Of a DNA stretch of 18,425 nt, positions 1-8,184 are shown one piece after another. Position 1 is the stretch's first letter, and each line of letters begins with the position of its first letter. Source of the DNA: a virus; UHGV virus genome UHGV-2152132; one strand, given 5' to 3'. Both the position numbers and the translations under genes were made by a program. The notes below the pieces were generated by a model. It ran no database searches. It saw only the letters and a program-made list of their open reading frames with translations, and was not told the origin of the DNA.

Positions 1-897
1 CTATGACTTGCTGTTTTCAGTAAGAGTCTTATCATCCAAAGAATTTATTCTAGAAATTCTTTTTAACTCATTAAGATAATCAACCTCGTTTTCTAAGAAC
101 CAATGAAGAACTTTAGAATTGCCAAGTAATTTATTAATATATGACTGGATTATAACGAATTTCAACATATCTGAACCATACTCGGTTTGAAGCTTTTTCG
201 TTTCTTCCGAAGTTGTTGCCATTTCTTGTTCCAGACGAAGTATGGTTTTTTTTATGTCCTTTTTATAGGGAGTGTTTTTCCCTTTATTTACTATCATCGA
301 TGCCGGTGTTGCATCCAAGATGCTCATTGCAAATTTTTTACTATAATTATCAAAATTAATCATTGTACCGACTGCTTCAATTTGGCGAATTGGCTTCATT
401 TTCCTCAAAACGTCAAATGTAGCCTTAGGTATAGGTTTATCAGAAAGTTTCGCAATTACACTTGAATCTATGCCGTTCATCACATTCGCTTTATCTTTTA
501 TGGCATCAACAGATATGCCCAAAGCAGCACTAAGTTTTTCAATTGATACTTTTGCCAGAGACTTAATTATCATTCTATGTTCTTCAACTACATTTATATG
601 ATTCACTTGTTTGTTAGGAGTGAAAGCATCATCTATGCTCGAAAGTATACATGGAGCTTTTTCTATACCTAAGTCTTTTAAAGCCTCAACCCTTAAATGG
701 CCATCAAGTATCTTAGTGACATCTTTATCTTTGTCATAGAATACTATTATTGGTTCAATAATACCTAAGCTTTCGATAGAGGTAACTATTTGATGATATT
801 TATGGCTTCGCTTTACGTTTTCTAATAATTCCTTAGATGGAATTAACTTATTAGTTTCCAGGTAAATAAAATTATCGCCAAAACGTATCTGAATCAT
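1..897 (-). CDS. ParB/Srx-fold (ParB N-terminal domain-like) protein, distal gene of AT-rich three-gene operon
   Basis: 298-aa ORF complete in window (stop at 1-3). ParB-box-like segment SIESLGIIEPIIVFYDKDKDVTKILDGHLRVEALKDLGIE. Start ATG overlaps the upstream gene stop (ATGA, 894-897); AAGAGG RBS about 7 nt upstream. Very low GC versus flanks. Family assignment is by motif, not search. Confidence 0.55.
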   Translation of the reverse strand: MIQIRFGDNFIYLETNKLIPSKELLENVKRSHKYHQIVTSIESLGIIEPIIVFYDKDKDVTKILDGHLRVEALKDLGIEKAPCILSSIDDAFTPNKQVNHINVVEEHRMIIKSLAKVSIEKLSAALGISVDAIKDKANVMNGIDSSVIAKLSDKPIPKATFDVLRKMKPIRQIEAVGTMINFDNYSKKFAMSILDATPASMIVNKGKNTPYKKDIKKTILRLEQEMATTSEETKKLQTEYGSDMLKFVIIQSYINKLLGNSKVLHWFLENEVDYLNELKRISRINSLDDKTLTENSKS

Positions 898-1790
898 TTT
901 AATACCTCTTTGTTTACTGGGGTTAATATCTGAGATGGTAGTTCTGAAAGATTCTCTTGTTCAAGTATATGTTGAAAGCTTTTATTCATCATTATGATGT
1001 TAAAAATCTCATTTACTATTAGTAGGTTGGTTTTTATGAATTTTGAGTTGTTATAAACAGATTTATGTTCAGCGATACTATTTTCATAAAGCTCAATCAA
1101 CTCCTCTGCAGTCATCCTTTTTGATGGTTTGTGATAATAAAATCCGGCTGCTTTTGCACCTTTATTCCCAACTGTTCTTTGATTTAGAATGTGTTTTATC
1201 TTTATAATGTCCCGACTTTTTATTAATTTTTTATCATATGCTTCGGTAAGAATATCTTGTGCTTCCTCAGTTTCACATCTTGCAAATTGCACTGCGAGAT
1301 ACAGAGGCAAATTACCCCGTTCGACTGCTGAGAGAAGTTTATGCTCTCCCTTATCAAGTAGCATATTAATACTGCTCACCCAGTTCGATGAATATCCAGT
1401 AATCTCACTTATTTCGGAGTCTGAAAGTCCTCTGATTTTCATGTCTTTAATCACCTGTAATAACTCATTAGAACGTGGTCTTCTCCTTGCAATGTTTTCA
1501 ACTAAACTCATAACGTAAGCATCTTCTTCTGATACATCTCTTATAATTGCTGGAATAATAGTTTCACCTAATGCAACGAGAGCCTCTATTCTCCCTTGAC
1601 CACAAATTAAAGCATATTTGAAATCGCCTTCATCAATAGCTCTTACGCTTATAGGCTTGCTTAATCCTCTTTTTTTTATGCTTTCCTTTATTTCTTCATG
1701 CACTACCTTATTTCTTGTTCGTGGGTTAAGAAATTTTATTTTTGCAATCTCAATTTGAATTATTGGGAATTCATTTTTTTCAGGCAGCAT
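894..1790 (-). CDS. ParB-like nuclease/partition-family protein (ParB N-terminal domain plus HTH-like segment)
   Basis: 298-aa ORF. ParB box II-like motif KYALICGQGRIEALVALGETIIPAIIRDVSEEDAYVMSLVENIARR, followed by HTH-like GLSDSEISEITGYSSNWVSSINML. GAGGGA RBS 5-6 nt upstream. First 11 nt overlap the end of the upstream recombinase gene. Confidence 0.6.
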   Translation of the reverse strand: MLPEKNEFPIIQIEIAKIKFLNPRTRNKVVHEEIKESIKKRGLSKPISVRAIDEGDFKYALICGQGRIEALVALGETIIPAIIRDVSEEDAYVMSLVENIARRRPRSNELLQVIKDMKIRGLSDSEISEITGYSSNWVSSINMLLDKGEHKLLSAVERGNLPLYLAVQFARCETEEAQDILTEAYDKKLIKSRDIIKIKHILNQRTVGNKGAKAAGFYYHKPSKRMTAEELIELYENSIAEHKSVYNNSKFIKTNLLIVNEIFNIIMMNKSFQHILEQENLSELPSQILTPVNKEVLK

Positions 1791-3336
1791 ATAGTTCCCT
1801 CACTTTCATGCGAGTAATAATTTGTAGAAGTTTATCAAGATTATCAAATCTATAGAGATCTAATCGAATGTTGTTTGTTTCCGTCATGCACATTTTATTA
1901 TATTCGTTTTCAATCTTTGGTATGATATAAAAATCAAGAGGTGAAATATTTTGTGAATTCATTCGTATAACAATTGTTATGTCTGCTTTCTGTGAGTTAT
2001 CAAACCGGACTTTCCATCTAAGTTTACCTGATTTCATATGTATGCATTTAGTAACAAGGACGGAAATTAAAAACTCATCATTGATGTAAAGCATTGGGGC
2101 ATATTTATACTCGTCTATATGACAGTTGCTTTTTAAAATTTCACCCTTAAAATCCTCAATTATCTCTGAGTAAAATGATCTTAGTGCTTCATTTATTTTG
2201 AGATAGCTGTAATCATGTTCTGGCTTATAACCAATCAAAGTATATGCTCTTAAAAGACCACCAAATCGGGTTCTATAAACAGAAGATGAAGGGCCTGTAT
2301 CATCTTCATCAATGATAAAGCCTGATAGTTTTCCATTAGATTCTAATTTTTGTTTTAGTTTTTCTAATAGATCTTCATTAGTCAAATGAATGGATCGGAG
2401 CTGAATTATTTCTTGAGCTTTATTGTATTTTTTCTTTGAAATAATAGGTTTATATGCCTTGTCACATCTAACCCATTCATGTTTGGGGTTTTTTACAAGC
2501 CTACTTTTTAATTTAGATGAGGTTTTGTTATATATGTTGTTTCCAATATATTTTTCATTTGTCAAAATTTGATGTATTTTTGCACGAGTCCATAATGTAC
2601 CATTTTCTGCAGGTATGTTCTGTTCATTTAATCTCTCAGCAATAATGAATTCTGGGACGTTATTATCTATAAAGAGATCATATATTCTATTTACAATTTT
2701 TATTTCATTTTTTGGTCCCGGAATTAATATTACCCTATCTGTTTGAATACTCTTTCTTTTGCGGAAACTCAATATTTCTTTAGCTATGCCATTTTCGTCT
2801 ACTAAAAGACGTCTCAGCCCATAACCAGCCATACCGCCTTGATGATAACCAAGCTTTATTAAATTTACTTGCCCTATAAATACCTTTTCAGATAGATTCC
2901 TGCTGTGATATGCAGCACTAGATCTTTTTATATTCAGTATAACAGAGGACTCTAAAGGGAAATCTTTAGTGGGTATAGGTTCGGAACAATATATAAGATC
3001 TACACCATTTCTCTCAAATAGAAAGGAATAATATGCCGCTTCATCACTATTTTGAAAACGACCAAAACGGCTCACATCATAAAATAATACAGCCTGTATA
3101 TCTATTTTCTTTTGTTCTACATCGCTAAGTAACTGCTGCAAAGAATGCCTGCCTACGATACTGACTCCGCTCTTACCTGAATCATCGTAGGTATAAGCGA
3201 TTTCCATATTGTTCTTTTCAGCATAATCTTTGATATATTCGGACTGATTATGTAAAGAATATTGCTGATGGTCGGTAGACATCCTCAAGTACTGCGCGAC
3301 CCTAACTCTATGATTTTTGTCATTTTCGCTAGCCAT
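1780..3336 (-). CDS. Large serine recombinase family protein (resolvase-type catalytic domain plus recombinase domain, long C-terminal extension)
   Basis: 518-aa ORF. N-terminal catalytic signature RVAQYLRMSTDHQ (Ser nucleophile context) and DDSGKSG; recombinase-domain-like GQVNLIKLGYHQGGMAGYGLRR. First gene of the operon, GAGG RBS upstream. AT-rich codon usage. Confidence 0.75.
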   Translation of the reverse strand: MASENDKNHRVRVAQYLRMSTDHQQYSLHNQSEYIKDYAEKNNMEIAYTYDDSGKSGVSIVGRHSLQQLLSDVEQKKIDIQAVLFYDVSRFGRFQNSDEAAYYSFLFERNGVDLIYCSEPIPTKDFPLESSVILNIKRSSAAYHSRNLSEKVFIGQVNLIKLGYHQGGMAGYGLRRLLVDENGIAKEILSFRKRKSIQTDRVILIPGPKNEIKIVNRIYDLFIDNNVPEFIIAERLNEQNIPAENGTLWTRAKIHQILTNEKYIGNNIYNKTSSKLKSRLVKNPKHEWVRCDKAYKPIISKKKYNKAQEIIQLRSIHLTNEDLLEKLKQKLESNGKLSGFIIDEDDTGPSSSVYRTRFGGLLRAYTLIGYKPEHDYSYLKINEALRSFYSEIIEDFKGEILKSNCHIDEYKYAPMLYINDEFLISVLVTKCIHMKSGKLRWKVRFDNSQKADITIVIRMNSQNISPLDFYIIPKIENEYNKMCMTETNNIRLDLYRFDNLDKLLQIITRMKVRELYAA

Positions 3337-3618
3337 GCACGAAACCTCATGGATGATTCAATACAATGTAGTGGATAAAATTGATCAAATTTTAACCGAA
3401 TTCAACTGTTTTATCATTGATTAGAGCGAATTTGGTAGATCTTCGAGGTGTATGATAATCGAGAAGAGATGTGAATTATTTAGCTGATATGACCGACAGC
3501 TTTCGTTATGTGGACTCAATGTCCCCATTTGTAAATGGCTATGCTTAGTCCACATAGGTTAATGGTGTGATTATTAATTCTTTAACTAAATCAAGATAGT
3601 TAATCCATCATGGGAGAG
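3337..3618 (-). promoter_or_regulatory. AT-rich leader/promoter region of the recombinase-ParB-ParB operon, containing a nested palindrome
   Basis: 282-bp non-coding gap between the integrase stop and the recombinase start. Perfect 9-bp inverted repeat ATGTGGACT (3508-3516) / AGTCCACAT (3547-3555) enclosing CCATTT-GT-AAATGG (3524-3537). No promoter hexamers confidently assigned. Confidence 0.35.
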
Positions 3619-4848
3619 TTATGCGGCAATAACTTTGCATTTTTGAGACGAAACATAGTCACTCCACCATTGCATGAGAACCACCCGTTCAGTGAGATAC
3701 TCTGCACGATTGTAGGCTGCAATTATTTCATCTTTCTTCGAGTGGGCAAGGGCGGCTTCTAAGACATCAGTCCTAAACTTGCCAGACTCCTCAGCAGCCG
3801 TTCTAGCAATGGATCGCATACCGTGAGCTACAAGCTCACCTCCGAAACCCATACGGATTATGGCCGCATTAGCTGTTTGTTCATGCATGTGATTGAGTGG
3901 AGCTTTGATACTGGGGAACACCCACTCTCTATGCCCGCTGATGACTTTCATTAAATCCAAAACTCGCAAAGCTTCTTTGCTCAGTGGAACTTTGTGAGGC
4001 TTCTTCATTTTCATAAACTCCGCCGGGATGTTCCACATGCCAGTTTCAATATCAATATCTGACCATCTTGTGCGAACAGCTTCACCTGGGCGAACCCATG
4101 TGAGAAGTTGCCACTCAATCAGTAGCCTTGTTTCCAAACGGATAGAAGCATTGTTTAGAGCAACCAAGAAGCGAGGGAGTTCGGAAGGGGGTAATGCTGG
4201 CATATTCTGTTTTTTTGGCTTGCTGAACCGTTGCCCCAGGTTGTCTGCCGGGTTGAATTCTATGAGTTCTTCTGTTGCTGCATAGCGGAAAATTTCATTC
4301 AGGCGGGATATGATGCGGCGAAGTGTTTCAAGGACACCTCGTTTTTCTATGGGTTCTAAATGCTGTTTAAGCATTTTAGGGCGAATCTCCTTAATTGGGG
4401 TATCACCCAATGTGGAAAAGATATTTCTCTCTAGGCTTCGCCAGATGTCGTTAGCATGATCTTGGGAGATGCCTGACGTTTTGACTTTCTCATCAAGCCA
4501 CTTCTTGGCTACTGCTTGAAATGTATGTTCCGTGGCATCTTTCAGTGCATTGGCTTTTTGGTTGTTATGAACTTGGGGGTCTATACCATTTGTAAGCAAC
4601 GACAAGTATTCATCACGTAAAGCTCGTGCCTTCGCAAGTGTAAGGTGAGGATAGGTTCCTAAGCTCACCTTAGTTCGCTTTTTGGTCACAGGCACTGCAT
4701 ATCTGAAATACCAATTTTTCTTCCCTCCCTTCGCCAGGGGAGCGATTCGCAACAGCAAACCATCGCCGTCAAAAAGGTTAACCTCTTTTTCGGCAGGTTT
4801 GGTGCTTTTGATTTCAGTGTCAGTGAGCTTCTTAGCGATTTTGGCCAT
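3619..4848 (-). CDS. P4-type (IntA/SlpA-like) tyrosine integrase
   Basis: ORF track gives 3619..4929 (436 aa). The probable true start is the internal Met of MAKIAKKLTDTEIKSTKP (about 4848), the typical P4-family integrase N-terminus. C-terminal catalytic residues: AHGMRSIARTAAE (H-x-x-R) and IIAAYNRAEY (Tyr nucleophile). Lies next to the ssrA 3'-end repeat, same orientation as ssrA. Confidence 0.85.
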   Translation of the reverse strand: MAKIAKKLTDTEIKSTKPAEKEVNLFDGDGLLLRIAPLAKGGKKNWYFRYAVPVTKKRTKVSLGTYPHLTLAKARALRDEYLSLLTNGIDPQVHNNQKANALKDATEHTFQAVAKKWLDEKVKTSGISQDHANDIWRSLERNIFSTLGDTPIKEIRPKMLKQHLEPIEKRGVLETLRRIISRLNEIFRYAATEELIEFNPADNLGQRFSKPKKQNMPALPPSELPRFLVALNNASIRLETRLLIEWQLLTWVRPGEAVRTRWSDIDIETGMWNIPAEFMKMKKPHKVPLSKEALRVLDLMKVISGHREWVFPSIKAPLNHMHEQTANAAIIRMGFGGELVAHGMRSIARTAAEESGKFRTDVLEAALAHSKKDEIIAAYNRAEYLTERVVLMQWWSDYVSSQKCKVIAA

Positions 4849-4944
4849 GTTTGGGACCCTCGATTTTAGGACCCATCTTCGTGGGTCCCATTCAGGGTGC
4901 CATAACTCGTAGTTCTCAGCAATTCTCACTAGACTACAATAGAC

Positions 4945-4986
4945 GTAAAAAAGCCCGCAGAGCTTGTGCTGTGCGGGCTTAGTAGA
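4945..4986 (-). terminator. Rho-independent terminator (minus strand) just downstream of the partial ssrA 3' copy
   Basis: 9-bp stem AAGCCCGCA (4951-4959) / TGCGGGCTT (4972-4980), 12-nt loop. On the minus strand the hairpin is followed by a T-run (complement of AAAAAA at 4945-4950). Confidence 0.55.
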
Positions 4987-5010
4987 CTTTACTGAACTTC
5001 AGTACATCAA

Positions 5011-5059
5011 TATTTGGTGGAGCTGGCGGGAGTTGAACCCGCGTCCGAAATTCCTACAT
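5011..5059 (-). repeat. att core: 49-bp exact direct repeat of the ssrA 3' end (partial tmRNA copy)
   Basis: tatttggtggagctggcgggagttgaacccgcgtccgaaattcctacat is identical at 5011-5059 and 17362-17410. It contains the 3'-terminal 45 nt of tmRNA; flanking bases differ. Confidence 0.9.
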
Positions 5060-5144
5060 ACCATTTTTAGTATAGTAAAAATAGTAATTTATGTTTTAAA
5101 ACAAAGAATTAGTTTTTTGTTGTGTTTGCCCGTTTTATACATTT

Positions 5145-6404
5145 TTAACTCTCCGCCGCCAAATTGCCGCCATCAGGTAGATGCTCATGCTTCATCATTT
5201 GGTGGATAAGAACTTCTACTTTTCTGAAGGTCGTATTGTCATAGTACTCAACAAGTGATTCATCGAAATCCTCTATCCAACCTTTTGCTGGGCCATTTGT
5301 TTGATATCTGACGGCAGTTGGTGAGTGGAAGTTGGGAGTAGCCTTTAAAGTGCTAAACACAGCCCATGATACTGGGTTAGTCACTTTAAATATTCTCTTC
5401 AATTCAGGGCAGTACAACGTGTTTGGTACAGTTATTCGTTCCATTTTAGGGGGTAAGATTACATTAATACCGATGTCACTATCTTTTTGATTAAGTATTT
5501 TTGTCGAACGATACGATATTCCAGAAATATCCTTGTTGCTATCACTGCTAATCCATTGCATTAATAGGTTTGGAATAATGTATTCTTTGTGAAAATTTGC
5601 ATGTTCATGATCTTTTGTATAGTTACAGGCCAATACTAAAGGCCATGCGATTAGTTTTGAAACCTTATCATTAATCGGGTCTGAGAAATCACTATAATTT
5701 TCATTGTTGTATTCATCTATGCGTTCAGGCTCAAATGAAAATGAATGCTCACTTGGAGTGGAACGTAGTGCTGACGTTAGGTTGTATCCGAGGTCTAGTA
5801 TTCTAATTTGTGATGATTCGTCTTCAGTAATAAATGATGATATATACAGCTTATCGAAATCTGGTTTTCCCATCTCTTGCCAGCAAACAAATATTGATGT
5901 CCCAAGATATAGACATGGTAAACCTGAAACTGAGAAGCGTTGTGCGCTTACCAAATGTCTTTGACTAAAAGGAATGTGGAATAATTCTTCTCTATTTTTT
6001 AGTATGTTTTCACTTTTCCTAACCCGAAATAACGGAGTTCGTCTATTACAAAGTTTTGTTAACGGAACCGTCATTTGATAAATGTGGTTCTTCATTGCTG
6101 GTGAACCTATTATAGCTTGGTTGAAAGTATTATAGGCTTCTTTAATATTACCGTTAAGATAATGGGTTAACGTTTCAGATATTTTATTGGAGAATGTTGT
6201 GATTGAAATCGATCTTTTTTTTACCTCTTTTATTGTTTCGTTGTCTGGATAGTCCTTTCTTATTTTATCAATAGCTTCAAGATAACAATCAATCCTGTTT
6301 TTAAAGTTGGATACAATGTCGCCATTGGCCTTGAATGGGGGTTGAAGTAGTTCATATTGTAATAATGAATCTGATATTTCTTTCAGTTCTGAATATTTGC
6401 GCAT
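5145..6404 (-). CDS. RES-domain-like protein (putative NAD+-targeting toxin/abortive-infection-type effector); prophage cargo between att and int
   Basis: 419-aa ORF, AT-rich relative to neighbouring phage genes. Central segment LFRVRKSENILKNREELFHIPFSQRHLVSAQRFSVSGLPCLYLGTSIFVCWQEMGKP resembles the RES-domain core (R ... G.P.LY..S....E). Starts 10 nt after the integrase stop, weak RBS, so probably co-transcribed with int. Domain call by pattern only. Confidence 0.45.
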   Translation of the reverse strand: MRKYSELKEISDSLLQYELLQPPFKANGDIVSNFKNRIDCYLEAIDKIRKDYPDNETIKEVKKRSISITTFSNKISETLTHYLNGNIKEAYNTFNQAIIGSPAMKNHIYQMTVPLTKLCNRRTPLFRVRKSENILKNREELFHIPFSQRHLVSAQRFSVSGLPCLYLGTSIFVCWQEMGKPDFDKLYISSFITEDESSQIRILDLGYNLTSALRSTPSEHSFSFEPERIDEYNNENYSDFSDPINDKVSKLIAWPLVLACNYTKDHEHANFHKEYIIPNLLMQWISSDSNKDISGISYRSTKILNQKDSDIGINVILPPKMERITVPNTLYCPELKRIFKVTNPVSWAVFSTLKATPNFHSPTAVRYQTNGPAKGWIEDFDESLVEYYDNTTFRKVEVLIHQMMKHEHLPDGGNLAAES

Positions 6405-6414
6405 GAGAATTATT

Positions 6415-7431
6415 TCAATTAAGGTTGATTAATGGATTCTTAGTCACAGCATCTTCGAGATGTTCTGGAGAAAAATGTGCATATATCATTGTCATTTTAA
6501 TATCAGTGTGACCCAAGATTTCTTTAAGTACCAGTATGTTTCCGCCGTTCATCATAAAGTGACTGGCGAATGTATGACGCAGAACGTGGGTACATTGACC
6601 TTCCGGCAGCTCAATACCGGCCCTCTTTACTGCTCGTTCAAAAGCTTTTCTGCATGGAGTGAATAATTTTCCTCTCTTTTTGGGGAGTTCGTCATACAGA
6701 TCCTGTGATATTGGCACTGTTCTGTTTTTCTTGCCCTTAGTCTTGGTGTAAGTGATGCGGTATTTTGACAACTGGTGTCCCTGTAGGTTTTCGGCTTCAC
6801 TCCATCGCGCGCCGGTGGCCAGGCAGATTTTTGTAATCAAAAGCAGGCTGGGGCTTTGAGAATCAGCGCAGGCATCCAGCAGACGTTTAATTTCTTCCGG
6901 GGTCAGGAACGCCAGTTCACCCTCAGCAATTTTAAATGTTGGCAGCCCGGCAAGTGGGTTGGGGGCTGACCAATGGCCCAGCTTTTTCAGTGTACCAAAT
7001 ACCGATGATAGGTTACGCTGTTCAAGGTTTACCGTGCGGGGCTTAACGGGCGACATAAGCGTGCCATCTTCATTTCGCACTTCACCTTTTAGCCGTGCTT
7101 CGCGGTATTTCGTAAAGTCACCGGCTGTCAGTTCTGAGGCGATGGGATCGCCTAGACCATTACAGATAATTTTAAGTTTCGCCATGAGGCGCTTGGGGTC
7201 TGCGAGTGTCTGACCGTACAGGGAATACCAAAGCTCAATTAATTCTGATAGGCGTCGCCGATCATCCTTTTCTCCTAACCACGGTTTTTTGTTCACTTCT
7301 TCCATTGTGAAGCTTTCAAACGCAATAGCTTCGCCTTTGGTAGCAAATTGCTTACGCACGCGCTTGCCATTGCGTCCATTGGGATAGCACTCACACAACC
7401 ATTTTCCGTTCGGCTGTTTTCTGATGGTCAT
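6415..7431 (-). CDS. int: P2/186-family tyrosine integrase
   Basis: 338-aa ORF with catalytic motifs ATGARWSEA (Arg), HVLRHTFASH (His-x-x-Arg) and MIYAHF (Tyr). Position next to the CI-type repressor is typical of P2-like phages. Confidence 0.88.
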   Translation of the reverse strand: MTIRKQPNGKWLCECYPNGRNGKRVRKQFATKGEAIAFESFTMEEVNKKPWLGEKDDRRRLSELIELWYSLYGQTLADPKRLMAKLKIICNGLGDPIASELTAGDFTKYREARLKGEVRNEDGTLMSPVKPRTVNLEQRNLSSVFGTLKKLGHWSAPNPLAGLPTFKIAEGELAFLTPEEIKRLLDACADSQSPSLLLITKICLATGARWSEAENLQGHQLSKYRITYTKTKGKKNRTVPISQDLYDELPKKRGKLFTPCRKAFERAVKRAGIELPEGQCTHVLRHTFASHFMMNGGNILVLKEILGHTDIKMTMIYAHFSPEHLEDAVTKNPLINLN

Positions 7432-7432
7432 T

Positions 7433-8065
7433 TCAAAGGCTCTTAATGATTTTCAGTGCGCGGCCTACTACCTCAATGTCATCCAGGCCGCACTCAAACG
7501 ATGAATCATCCTGATGCACTACTAATTTGTTTCCCGGGAGTCGAGTCAATTTAACGATGCTTTTTATCCCGTCGATATCGACTAACCACATACCATTTAC
7601 TGGTGGTGTTTGGTTGCGATCTATTAAATAAGAATCACCAGAAGTAGTCACCAGCAGTAGGTTGCTTGAGTCTGAGGGGAGTATGCTGCTATCAATGATT
7701 GCTTTTCCAGCATCGACCAATAAACCACCGTTGAGAGTCGCCTTGTCAATTTCAGGAGATACTAGTTCAGAAAGAGGTACAACCTTGCTGGAGTTCACGG
7801 AATTGATATTTTTTTTAGGTTCAATGTTTGGACCTGGCTCCCCCTGTCCGGTGGTTAGCCACAGTAAAGAAACTCCTGTTTCCAAGGCGCACTGAATCAC
7901 CCACTCTGCAGGAAAACTATCTCTTAAGTATCTGTTTGCCATGGTGCTTTTTGATGCGCCTAAGTGATCGCAAAGTTGCTGTCTGGACTTGAAATCATAG
8001 GCTGCCATTAGTCTATGGATAGCCTCTCTTCCCCCTGTATTCTCTCCAACCTTTACCTGTATCAT
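7433..8065 (-). CDS. 186-type CI immunity repressor
   Basis: 210-aa ORF. N-terminal HTH region SRQQLCDHLGASKSTMANRYLRD and the segment QCALETGVSLLWLTTGQGEP, characteristic of phage 186/PSP3/Fels-2 CI. Divergent from the apl/cII-like genes across an operator-bearing gap. Confidence 0.75.
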   Translation of the reverse strand: MIQVKVGENTGGREAIHRLMAAYDFKSRQQLCDHLGASKSTMANRYLRDSFPAEWVIQCALETGVSLLWLTTGQGEPGPNIEPKKNINSVNSSKVVPLSELVSPEIDKATLNGGLLVDAGKAIIDSSILPSDSSNLLLVTTSGDSYLIDRNQTPPVNGMWLVDIDGIKSIVKLTRLPGNKLVVHQDDSSFECGLDDIEVVGRALKIIKSL

Positions 8066-8184
8066 TTTTTAATCCTGTTGACGTATCAAATATTGGATCG
8101 TAGTATCTCGATGTATCAAATATTGAATCAAGTAAAACGAGATAAAACGACGTAAACCAAACCTTAATCGGGAGATACTGCACT
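8066..8184. promoter_or_regulatory. Divergent switch region (pR/pL-like) with direct-repeat operator candidates
   Basis: 17-bp direct repeat GTATCAAATATTG(G/A)ATC at 8083-8099 and 8113-8129, 30 bp centre to centre. Rightward sigma70-like promoter TTGACG (8077-8082), 18-bp spacer, TAGTAT (8101-8106); the first repeat overlaps its spacer. Confidence 0.5.

Larger units (their letters stand above)
1..5059. mobile_element. P4-integrase-type genomic island (satellite-like), partial; extends beyond the left window edge
   Basis: P4-type integrase next to the ssrA 3'-end repeat with its own terminator, followed by AT-rich cargo. Left boundary and second att copy not in window. Confidence 0.65.

Noticed and set aside
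187-1518. Plus-strand ORFs 187..465 and 1189..1518 inside the ParB-like genes
   Set aside because: Antisense to the coupled operon genes; AT-rich sequence produces Phe/Ile/Tyr-rich low-complexity products.
4028-4912. Plus-strand ORFs (85 and 76 aa) inside the P4-type integrase gene
   Set aside because: Embedded antisense in a clearly conserved integrase; no RBS or recognisable domain.
4849-4929. N-terminal extension of the P4-type integrase to ATG 4929 (MRIAENYELWHPEWDPRRWVLKSRVPN)
   Set aside because: P4-family integrases characteristically begin near the MAKIAKKLTDTEIK-type sequence. The extension is probably untranslated leader, although this is not proven.
5011-5059. Possible tRNA or second tmRNA gene at the distal att copy
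   Set aside because: Only the 3'-terminal 45 nt of ssrA are present, with no upstream tmRNA body; it is an att-site duplication, not a gene.
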